A stretch of 64,000 nt of DNA from the NCBI GenBank assembly GCA_963840165.1, contig CAWIXT010000006.1:646680-710679 (forward strand), given 5' to 3'. Of this stretch, positions 56,632 through 64,000 are shown piece after piece; position 1 is the stretch's first letter; the number at the start of each line of letters is the position of its first letter. The notes under the pieces were generated by a model. The model did not search any database. It was given only the letters and a program-made list of their open reading frames with translations, and had not been told where the DNA came from. The DNA comes from an uncultured Gemmatimonadales bacterium. Its GTDB lineage: Bacteria; Gemmatimonadota; Gemmatimonadetes; Gemmatimonadales; GWC2-71-9. The position numbers and the translations under genes are program-made.

Positions 56632-57675
56632 TCAGGCTGCGGAGCGCAGGGCAAGACCGATCGGGAGCATCAGCAGGGGAGCGACTTCGTCCACCTGCAG
56701 ATCATCGAACACTCCTTCGGCCACCTGCAGCTTCTCGATCGGATTGGCGAGCTGAACCGGGATCTGGAGCCGATCTCCCAGCGCGCGACTCAGCCGGGGA
56801 ATGCGGGCGCCGCCGCCGGTGATGAAGATCCGGGAGATTCCCCCCGCCGAGCGGCTCGCCGTCTGCAAGAAGGCCGCGGCCCGCTCGATGCCCACCGCCA
56901 GCTCCTCGGTGCGGGTCTGAAGGAAGGCCTCCGGGATTTCACCCCCGGAGCCACCCTGCAGCAAACGCTCGGCCTCCTCCGCCGACTGTCCGCGCTCGCG
57001 CTGCAAGTCCTCACGGAAACGCCGGGTACCGACCGGAATATCACGGGTCAAAACCGGAACACCGTCGTCCAGGATGTAGATATTGGTGACCTCGTGACCG
57101 ATGTTCACCAGGCCGACCACACCACCCATGGCATCGGGGTAGTTGATCTCGAACGCATTGTGGAGCGCGAAGGCGTCCACGTCGATGATGCTGGACTGCA
57201 GCCCGACGTCGGCCAGCAAGGCGATCTTGTGATCCACCAGCTCGCGCTTGGCGGCCACCAGCAGCACGGTCATCTGGAGGCCCTCGCCTTGAGGATCCAG
57301 GATCTGGAAATCGAGCTCTACGTTGTCCATGTCGAACGGCACGTGCTGCTCGGCTTCCCAGCGGATGACTTCGCGCGCCTCGTTTTCCCCCATCCGGTCC
57401 ATCGTGATCTTCTTGACGATCACGTCGCGCCCACCCACAGCAGTGACGACGGACTTGGGCTTGAGGCCGGCGCTGGCCAGGAGATCCTTGATGGCCTGGG
57501 CAACGATCCCCGGGTCCATGATCTCGCCTTCGACGATGGCGTCATGGGCGATGGAGATGAATGCCACCTTGGTCAGCACTGGACCACCGGCGGAGTGCGA
57601 GATGGCGACGAGCTTGATCAGGCCGCTTCCGATGTCCAGCCCGACCGTGGTCGCCGTGCGCCCGAAGAGTCCCAT
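56632..57675 (-). CDS. pilM: Pilus assembly ATPase-fold protein PilM
   Basis: MGLFGRTATTVGLDIGSGLIKLVAI... actin-like fold. Start chosen at 57675; the ORF-track start at 57798 is rejected. Confidence 0.85.
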   Translation of the reverse strand: MGLFGRTATTVGLDIGSGLIKLVAISHSAGGPVLTKVAFISIAHDAIVEGEIMDPGIVAQAIKDLLASAGLKPKSVVTAVGGRDVIVKKITMDRMGENEAREVIRWEAEQHVPFDMDNVELDFQILDPQGEGLQMTVLLVAAKRELVDHKIALLADVGLQSSIIDVDAFALHNAFEINYPDAMGGVVGLVNIGHEVTNIYILDDGVPVLTRDIPVGTRRFREDLQRERGQSAEEAERLLQGGSGGEIPEAFLQTRTEELAVGIERAAAFLQTASRSAGGISRIFITGGGARIPRLSRALGDRLQIPVQLANPIEKLQVAEGVFDDLQVDEVAPLLMLPIGLALRSAA

Positions 57676-57722
57676 AATGTCCGCTGGTTGAAGAGGCAAC
57701 AGGATATCAGCGCGTTCAGTGG

Positions 57723-57737
57723 GCAACCGATGTGCCA
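57723..57737 (-). promoter_or_regulatory. Consensus sigma54 promoter TGGCAC-ATCGG-TTGC upstream of pilM
   Basis: The reverse complement of 57723-57737 reads TGGCACATCGGTTGC, with exact -24 GG / -12 GC spacing. It lies 48 nt upstream of the pilM ATG. Confidence 0.75.
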
Positions 57738-57897
57738 CACAAATTGCACATTGGCAATCCTTTGCAGGGAAGCAGCTTAACACGGGAACTGACGCCACCT
57801 TCCCCGCCGCCGACGCCGCTGCATCTTCTCTTTCGCAAGCCGTCTCTCGGGATGCAGCAGTAAGCTCCGAGAGTGGAAGTGCAACAACTGGCAGTGC

Positions 57898-58362
57898 TTA
57901 GTTGAGCTCCACCCAGGCTCGCTCGGCCACCCGGATGACCCGCGGAACTGGAGCAACTGCCGGGTCTGACCCCGCGGCCTCGAGCCGCAGGAACAGTCCC
58001 AGCGTGCGCGTTGCCAGCGACCCGCCGGCGGCGTCGTGACGGAGGCCGCGGGCACGGATCAGAAACATTTTCCCGGTCAGGCGGCTCACGGTGGTATGCA
58101 CGGTGGCGGTTTCCCCTACGGCGGCGACACCGAGGTCGAGCGGCGGCCCTCCGGCCGGCAGCGATTCGAGTGCGGCGGCATCCAGGACCGCGCCGGCCAG
58201 GCCGGACTCCGCCGCCTCTCTGGCCTGAGCGGCGAAGAACACATTCTGGCCACTCTGCTGCTCGAGCCTCCCGACGAAAAAGCTGCCCGCTACCAGCGCA
58301 CCGATGACCGCGAGAGCGAACACGGCACCGAGCAACGCCATGCCTGAGCGAGAGCGAATCAC
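57898..58362 (-). CDS. PilX-like minor pilin / pilus assembly protein
   Basis: N-terminus RSGMALLGAVFALAVIGALVAG. Position after the PilW-like gene with a 4-nt overlap. Confidence 0.6.
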   Translation of the reverse strand: MIRSRSGMALLGAVFALAVIGALVAGSFFVGRLEQQSGQNVFFAAQAREAAESGLAGAVLDAAALESLPAGGPPLDLGVAAVGETATVHTTVSRLTGKMFLIRARGLRHDAAGGSLATRTLGLFLRLEAAGSDPAVAPVPRVIRVAERAWVELN

Positions 58363-59207
58363 GAAGACGGAGAGTTGCGGAGCGCAACTCGGGTGATCAG
58401 CTCCTCCCCAATGCCGGCAGACTGCTCGGATCCCTGGAGCAGGCCTCGCAGCGTGACCCGAATGGCGCCTATGCTGGTGAGGTCGAGCGTAGGTGCCCCG
58501 AACGCGTCCAGGTACTCCAGCGCAAAACCTTCAGCCCCGGCGAGGGGGCCGACCAACGGCTGAATGGCTTCACCGGTAGCAATGGACCGGATGCCAAGCC
58601 AGGAGTTATCATCGGCACGGTAGAGCCGGAGCTCCATGAGCTCAACGACACGGACAGGCGTGCCGGGGACCAGAAGCTCGGCGGGTGGATTGCCGGAGAG
58701 CGTCAGGGTGAAGCCGGGACCTTGGCCGGACGGACACGCCGATGCCGATGCGACATTCAGGATCTTGAGAGGCAACCAGGTGTCTTTCGTCCCGGCTGCG
58801 GGGTCCCCGGGCGCGAAGATGAAGGCCTCGTCCCGGACGGCCTGCGGCTCCCGATGCCCAGTGAAGGTGGCCTGCGCCAGCCGGATGATCGAGCTCCCCG
58901 CCGTCTGGCAGATAAAGCCGATGCCCCGCATGGCGCGATAGGTGACCGCCGCCGCGCCCATGGCCAGGATGTCGTTCTGTTCGGGTGTGCCCCCAGGCAC
59001 GGTGCCGAGTTCGCCGAGCTCGTTCAGGACGATGAGAGAGCCGGCGCGAACGCTGGATTGAAGCACGACTCGGTCAGCCTGTGCCCGACTCGTCCGCTGC
59101 GTGGTGAGCAGCAATCTGTGGGTGGCTGCCATAACGAGCAGGGTCACGACGAGGGCAAGCATGACTTCGGCCAGGGTGAAGCCCCGGCGCGACAGCGGCA
59201 TCAGCAC
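58359..59207 (-). CDS. PilW-like minor pilin (prepilin-type N-terminal methylation motif)
   Basis: SRRGFTLAEVMLALVVTLLVMAA. Confidence 0.65.
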   Translation of the reverse strand: MLMPLSRRGFTLAEVMLALVVTLLVMAATHRLLLTTQRTSRAQADRVVLQSSVRAGSLIVLNELGELGTVPGGTPEQNDILAMGAAAVTYRAMRGIGFICQTAGSSIIRLAQATFTGHREPQAVRDEAFIFAPGDPAAGTKDTWLPLKILNVASASACPSGQGPGFTLTLSGNPPAELLVPGTPVRVVELMELRLYRADDNSWLGIRSIATGEAIQPLVGPLAGAEGFALEYLDAFGAPTLDLTSIGAIRVTLRGLLQGSEQSAGIGEELITRVALRNSPSS

Positions 59208-59572
59208 GTTATGTCCGTTTCCAGCGTTGCGGTCCTGATCCCTCGTCCGGTCAGGTAGGTGACTGTCACCCGAACCCGGCGCGCCCTGCCGCTGGAAGCC
59301 ACCTCCCAGCTCTCGCTGACGCCAGCGGACAGGACCGGACCACCACTCGCGAATTCGCCGCTGCCGCAGCGGGGCGAGGTAGATCCGGCGGCAGCGCGCA
59401 GTATCTCGACACGGTGCGACGCCGCTTGAGCCGCGCGGGTTTCCATCTTTCCGCGCCTGATCATGCGCGTGACCGAGGCCGACACGCTCACCAGTGCGAC
59501 GATGCCGACACCGAGTACCACGATGGCCACCAGGACATCCACGAGTGTGAAGCCCGAGCGCATATGCCTCAT
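59201..59572 (-). CDS. PilV-like minor pilin
   Basis: MRSGFTLVDVLVAIVVLGVGIVAL. Confidence 0.65.
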   Translation of the reverse strand: MRHMRSGFTLVDVLVAIVVLGVGIVALVSVSASVTRMIRRGKMETRAAQAASHRVEILRAAAGSTSPRCGSGEFASGGPVLSAGVSESWEVASSGRARRVRVTVTYLTGRGIRTATLETDITC

Positions 59573-59693
59573 CGCTCTACCCTCCGTTACTCTCAGAAGG
59601 TGGCATCATGGCGACGGGAAGGAGGTACCTGATCGCCGCGGACGTTATCGAATGACGCTGAGGTGGAAGCGGACCTTCGATGGAGGTGCCGGC

Positions 59694-61048
59694 CTAGTGA
59701 GCCGGCAGCCGCCGGAGCTTGTAGAAGAGGGTGCGGAGACTGATGCCGAGGAGGTTGGCGGCCTGCCGCCGGTTGCCCTTGGCGCGTCTGCAGGGCGCGT
59801 TGGATGACTTCACGCTCTACCGCTTCCACCTGAGATTCGAGATCGAGCGAGCCGTTGCCGGCCCCGTTGGCTGAAGCGGACCGGCACCGTTCGACGAGCG
59901 CGAAGTCCTTGGAATCGAGCGGACCGCCGCACGCCAAGCACCGCGGCCCGCTCGAGAGCGTTGCGCAGCTCGCGAACGTTGCCGGGCCAGTTGTGGTGGG
60001 TGAGCGCCGCGAGCGCCGCCGGCGTGATACTCACCGGATGGCCCAGCCGCTGGGCCATCTGTCTGGCGAAGTGGGTGAGCAGCTCCGGAATGTCCTCCGG
60101 CCGCTCCCGGAGCGGCGGGAGGTGCAGCCGGACTACGTTCAGCCGATAGTACAGGTCGGAGCGGAACTCGCCGCGCTCGACCGCCTGCTCGACCGGCCGG
60201 CCGGTGGCGGCCAGCACCCGGACATCGATCTTGCGCGAGTCGCGCCCGCCCAGCCGGCGAACCTGGCCCTCTTCCAGCACCCGCAGGATCTTGGACTGCA
60301 GCCCCGGAGACACGTCGGCGATCTCGTCCAGGAGCAGGGTCCCGCCGTCGGCCAGCTCGAAGAGGCCGGCGTGGTCGGTGGTGGCTCCGGGGAAGGCGCC
60401 CTTGGTGTGTCCGAACAGCTCGGACTCCAGGAGCTGCTCCGGGATGGCGCCACAGTTGACGGCGGTGAAGCTGCGCTCGCTCCGGGGGCTCATCCGGTGG
60501 ATGGCTCGGGCAATGACTTCCTTGCCGGTGCCGCTTTCCCCGGTGATCAGAACCGGCGTGTTGTGACGGGCTACCCGGGAGGCCAGCTCGAGCACATCCC
60601 GCATGGCGGGGCTCTGCGAGACGACGAGCTCCTTGACGGCCCCGATGCCGACATTGGAACGAAGGGCCTCGACTTCGCGGCGCAGCCGCTCGCGCTCCTC
60701 GGCCTTGCGCACCGTCATGATGACTTCGTCGGGCTTTAAGGGCTGATGGACGTAGTCGTAGGCGCCTTCTCGAGCGCGGCGAGGGCGGCGTCTTCGGTTC
60801 CCGGCAGGACTCAGCATGATCATGAGGGATGTGCCGCCCTCCGCCCGCAAGCGCCGCAGGAAGGTCAGGCCGTCCATGCCCGGCAGCTCGACGCTGCAGA
60901 GAACGAGCTCGAAGTCTTCGGCGGCGGCGCGCGATGAGCGCGCGTACGGGGTCGGCTCTCGGTCTCGACCACATAGCCGGACGTCTCCGAGCAGCAGCGC
61001 GAGCGATTGTCTGACGTCGCCGTCATCCTCAACGATCAGCAGCCGCAT
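59694..61048 (-). pseudogene. Sigma54-dependent response regulator (PilR/NtrC-like), at least 7 frameshifts
   Basis: The central AAA+ domain is intact in one frame (GESGTGKEVIARAIH...GAFPGA...LLLDEIADV...RVLAATGRP...). The receiver needs three frames (MRLLIVEDDGDVRQSLALLL / ETSGYVVETES / ADPVRALIAR / AAAEDFELVL...). The HTH NRRQAANLLGISLRTLFYKLRRL* is out of frame, with its stop at 59694. Confidence 0.75.
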
Positions 61049-61390
61049 CAGTTCACCCGGGTTGGTAGAGAGCGCGTGAAACCCGACACCACGCTTCAGA
61101 CGGTTCCGGCCATTGCACCAGCCGGGCAGAATCCATGACCTTTGGCACGATCCGCCGGGATGATCACGGCGACTGCATCTCATCGTATCCACACCGCTCC
61201 GAGCGGCGACAAGGCGTAAGTGCTGAATCTGCCGAGCGGATACCGGTCTTTCAGTGCGTCCCAGCGGTCTCTGATCGAAACGGCTGAGCGCTTCCCTGCA
61301 CTGCGCTTGCACTAGGGCCAAGCAAGTTCTTCGCCATCATGAAGTCGGGCCGTCGGACGGGCTCGACGAGGTCATCGAAGCTGCCGGCGA

Positions 61391-61778
61391 CTAACTGCAG
61401 GCAACTGCACCATCGTTCGTGGCCGGCGGAATCGGTGCGGCGGCCCCGTAGAAGATCACGCAGCTCTCGGCTGTGCCCGCCGCAGTGGCCGTTGCGGACC
61501 AGCCGGCGTCCGTGGCAGTCACCAAGGTGACCGTGACGCCCGCGGTCGGTCGGAACATGAAGCCAGCGTCGGGAAGAGGGCCGGGGAAGTACGTCCGGTT
61601 CTCCACCCAGTATCCCTCCTGCGCCGACGCCAGGTTGCGCAGATCGGACTTCATTCCGGCGACGATCGGCCTTCCCCTTGGTATTGGAGAACTTGGGAAT
61701 AGCGATGGCGGCCAGGATGCCGATGATCACCACGACGATCAGCAGCTCGATCAGAGTGAAGCCCTCACGGCGCAGCAT
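61391..61778 (-). pseudogene. Second type IV pilin gene, interrupted by a 1-nt insertion relative to pilA
   Basis: MLRREGFTLIELLIVVVIIGILAAIAIPKFSNTKGK, then a frame change, then (A)GMKSDLRNLASAQEGYWVENRTYF...AVACS*. Aligned by eye to 62355-62200, the interval between CTTCAT and GAACTT is 34 nt against 33 nt in pilA. Confidence 0.7.
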
Positions 61779-61842
61779 CTCGCTCACCATCCCCTTTCAT
61801 GACGTATCGAGCCCTTGCAGGACCAGCTGTTTCTGCGTAAGA

Positions 61843-61876
61843 AGAATGGGCGGCGGTAGGGACACCGCCGCCCATT
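61843..61876 (-). terminator. Rho-independent terminator after pilA
   Basis: GAATGGGCGGCGG-loop-CCGCCGCCCATTC (13-bp stem), followed on the minus strand by TTCTTAC. Confidence 0.75.
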
Positions 61877-61902
61877 CCCCTAGACTCTGCTCTTCAGCGC
61901 GA

Positions 61903-62355
61903 TTAGTAGCACTTCGGCGCGCCCTCGGTGTCAGTCGCGGCCAAGCCCGCCAGCGGGGCAAAGGTCACCGGATCGCCCACGAAAACGCCGCAGACGTCGT
62001 TCGAGGCGCTGGTCGCTGCCGGGTTGCTGATGGTAGCGGCCCAGCCGGCGGCGGTACAACCGCCGACGAGCACCGGAAGGTTACCAGCAGTCGGACCGAA
62101 GGCGACGGAACCACCGCAAGCCGGGCTCGCCGGAGCCGGGGCCTCGGCCGCCGCAATAGCAGTTGCATACGTCTGGTTGCCTGAGAAGAAGGCTTCCTGC
62201 GCGGTAACCAGGTTACGCAGGTCGGACTTCATGCCTGCCACAACAGCCTTTTCCTTCGTGTTGGCGAACTTCGGAATCGCGATCGCGGCCAGAATGCCGA
62301 TGATCACGACCACGATCAACAGCTCGATCAGGGTAAAGCCCTTGCGGTTGCTCAT
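61903..62355 (-). CDS. pilA: Type IV major pilin
   Basis: MSNRKGFTLIELLIVVVIIGILAAIAIPKFANTKEKAVVAGMKSDLRNL, with C-terminal Cys residues. Confidence 0.9.
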   Translation of the reverse strand: MSNRKGFTLIELLIVVVIIGILAAIAIPKFANTKEKAVVAGMKSDLRNLVTAQEAFFSGNQTYATAIAAAEAPAPASPACGGSVAFGPTAGNLPVLVGGCTAAGWAATISNPAATSASNDVCGVFVGDPVTFAPLAGLAATDTEGAPKCY

Positions 62356-62429
62356 ACTTCCTCCAGTTGAGTGGCGCGACCATCAGAACATTGGTACTGC
62401 GAGACGCGGTGTAACTGCGCTGGGGTAAG

Positions 62430-62444
62430 GCAACACATATGCCA
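62430..62444 (-). promoter_or_regulatory. Sigma54 promoter TGGCAT-ATGTG-TTGC upstream of pilA
   Basis: The reverse complement of 62430-62444 reads TGGCATATGTGTTGC. It lies 75 nt upstream of the pilA ATG. Confidence 0.7.
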
Positions 62445-62905
62445 ACCCCGGGGTGCTCTTCTCAACCTCCACCAGGTCCGCTACTTAGCTATCCCTTGCA
62501 CCGCCCTATGCAGACACTTTCCCGGTCGTCTCAGGCGGATTTTGCAAGAAGGCGGTTACGCTGGCTCACGGAGCGCAAGCTGGTGAGCAGTTGGCGGAAG
62601 GGCGCAATCATCTCCCTGCGATCCGGGACCTTATTTGCGTGAGCAGCCGTTGCAGCGGGGATTCTTACAGGAACGGAGGTGGGAGGGTCCGCGGGGTCCA
62701 GCGGGCGCGACGGCCTGCCCTGATCCTGGCCGGTGAGGTAGGGTCTTGCGCTGCAGAAAAGCGGAACGAATCGAGCGTGGTACGCGACATCATCCTTCCC
62801 GCACCGAACGGACCTGCCGGGCGCGGCATCGAACTTTCAACGCTGACGTCGCTGGGACACCCGTGTGGCGGTTCGAGCCGGGTCCACGGGCACCTGCCGT
62901 GGGCC

Positions 62906-64000
62906 CTACACCTTGACCTCGACCTGCTCCTCGTAGCGGCTCAGCTTGCGGTACAGGGTCGAGGGATCGATGCCGAGCACCTCGGCCGCCCGGGTCTTAT
63001 TGCCGCCTTCGGCCTGTAGCACCCACATGATGTAGGCCCGCTCAATGACCTCCAGCGTCGGATTCCGATAGGAGCGTTCGGCCACCAGCGGCTCCTTCCG
63101 GCGCTTGGTGATCCGCTCCGGCAGGGATGATGCCTCGATCAGATTCCCGCGCGTCAAGACGACGGCGTGTTCCAGCGCGTTGTCCAGCTCGCGAACGTTA
63201 CCGGGCCACTCATAGACCATGACGGCGTCGAGCGCTTCGGAGGCCAGCGCTTTCGGTTCGGTTCCGGTCTCCGTGGCCAGGTTCTGGAGCAGCGCCTCGA
63301 TCAGGAGCAGGAGATCGTCGCGCCGCTCCCGCAATGGCGGAAGGTTGATGGCGATGACGTTGAGCCGGTAAAACAGGTCGGATCGGAAGTTCCCGCGGCG
63401 GATCTCCTCCTCCAGCTCGCGGTTGGTGGCGGCGATGATCCGCACGTCGACCGGGATGGCCTCGGTGGCGCCCACCGGGATGGCCTCCCGCTCCTGGAGC
63501 ACGCGGAGCAGCTTGACCTGAAGCGAAGCGGGCATCTCTCCCACTTCGTCGAGGAAAAAGCTCCCCCCTCGCGCCGCCGCGAATAGCCCCTGTTTATCCC
63601 GGACGGCCCCGGTGAAGGAGCCCTTCACGTGGCCGAACAGCTCGCTTTCCAGCAGGTTCTCGGGGAGCGCGCCGCAGTTGATGGACATGAAGGGCCCCTC
63701 GTTGCGGCTGGACAGGTTGTGGATGTAGCGCGCAATGACCTCCTTGCCGGTGCCGCTCTCGCCCTGGATGAGCACGGTCGAGTCGGTGGGCGCCACGTGC
63801 TCCGCCAGCTTCAGCACGTCCAGGAAACGCTTGGACTTTCCGATGGGACGGGCGATGGCAGGGGCCTTATCGCGCCGCCGGATCTCCTGTTTGAGCTGAG
63901 TGTTCTCGACTTTGACGGCCCGATACTCACAGGCCCGACGGAGAATGGCGACCAGTTCGTCATTGGAGAACGGCTTCTGGATGTAATAAAAGGCGCCCGA
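62906..64000 (-). CDS. Sigma54-dependent response regulator (PilR-like); the N-terminus lies beyond the window end
   Basis: The reading frame stays open to position 64000 (...GAFYYIQKPFSNDELVAILRRACEY...). AAA+ core GESGTGKEVIARYIH...GSFTGA...FFLDEVGEM...RIIAATN. HTH NKTRAAEVLGIDPSTLYRKL. Confidence 0.85.
   Translation of the reverse strand, partial: SGAFYYIQKPFSNDELVAILRRACEYRAVKVENTQLKQEIRRRDKAPAIARPIGKSKRFLDVLKLAEHVAPTDSTVLIQGESGTGKEVIARYIHNLSSRNEGPFMSINCGALPENLLESELFGHVKGSFTGAVRDKQGLFAAARGGSFFLDEVGEMPASLQVKLLRVLQEREAIPVGATEAIPVDVRIIAATNRELEEEIRRGNFRSDLFYRLNVIAINLPPLRERRDDLLLLIEALLQNLATETGTEPKALASEALDAVMVYEWPGNVRELDNALEHAVVLTRGNLIEASSLPERITKRRKEPLVAERSYRNPTLEVIERAYIMWVLQAEGGNKTRAAEVLGIDPSTLYRKLSRYEEQVEVKV

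Noticed and set aside
57752-57766. Second sigma54-like motif TGGCAATCCTTTGCA on the plus strand near pilM.
   Set aside because: The GG-to-GC spacing is one nucleotide short. The motif also points away from pilM, into the 3' end of the PilX-like gene.
61251-61790. 179-aa ORF annotated across the second pilin region.
   Set aside because: Only its first ~36 residues (the prepilin leader and alpha-helix) look genuine. The remainder is an Arg/Gly-rich out-of-frame read-through. The true pilin continuation is in the 61391-61654 frame.
62860-62905. tRNA-like GGTTCGAGCC T-loop motif. A second GGTTCGAA occurs at about 27757.
   Set aside because: No acceptor, D or anticodon stems could be drawn around either site. 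The first is part of a hairpin just downstream of the EBP stop and the second lies inside the multicopper oxidase gene.

Overview
High-GC bacterial chromosomal segment. Hand counts of 60-nt lines give about 60-73 % G+C outside one island; protein idiom and repeat content suggest a Gemmatimonadota-like soil bacterium (inference only). No rRNA, tRNA, CRISPR array, transposase or phage gene block was found.

Gene content, left to right:
1. A TetR-linked RND efflux operon (OMF, RND pump, MFP) whose three structural genes are riddled with frameshifts.
2. A PadR operon, divergent from an uncharacterised, translationally coupled two-gene membrane/vWA-like module.
3. An ATP-dependent DNA ligase.
4. 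A SARP-type wHTH-BTAD-STAND-TPR regulator whose 3' half lies in a ~3.7 kb low-GC island (about 48-50 % G+C). The island also carries an HD-GYP phosphodiesterase.
5. A ferredoxin / hydrogenase-like / GGDEF diguanylate cyclase next to a sigma54 activator with an Asp-less receiver.
6. A cluster of exported proteins: a spike-like beta-helix protein with a PAAR-like tip, a HAF-repeat-cupredoxin fusion, a Tat multicopper oxidase, a Big2-cupredoxin protein and an RCC1 propeller. One of these genes is preceded by a promoter, structured leader and terminator (candidate riboswitch).
7. Housekeeping genes: M28 peptidase, mog, DUF885, threonine dehydratase, multi-PAS histidine kinase, gcvT, argF, and the conserved block hslUV-xerC-trmFO-topA-aroK-aroC.
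8. A type IV pilus locus: pilMNOPQ, minor pilins, two tandem pilins and two sigma54 activators. Two near-consensus sigma54 promoters lie in front of pilM and pilA.

Recurrent themes:
- Indel-type gene disruptions are concentrated in two hot spots, 0.2-6.0 kb and 59.7-61.7 kb, with single events in the histidine kinase and xerC.
- Almost every intergenic region is built from short tandem words (GTCGCGA, GTGAACA, GTGAGCG, GGGACAG, GGACGGGC) arranged as long inverted repeats. These sometimes run into coding sequence, forming C-terminal tails of hslV, trmFO and padR and an in-frame octamer array inside aroC.

All functional calls come from reading the translated ORFs by eye. No database search was run.
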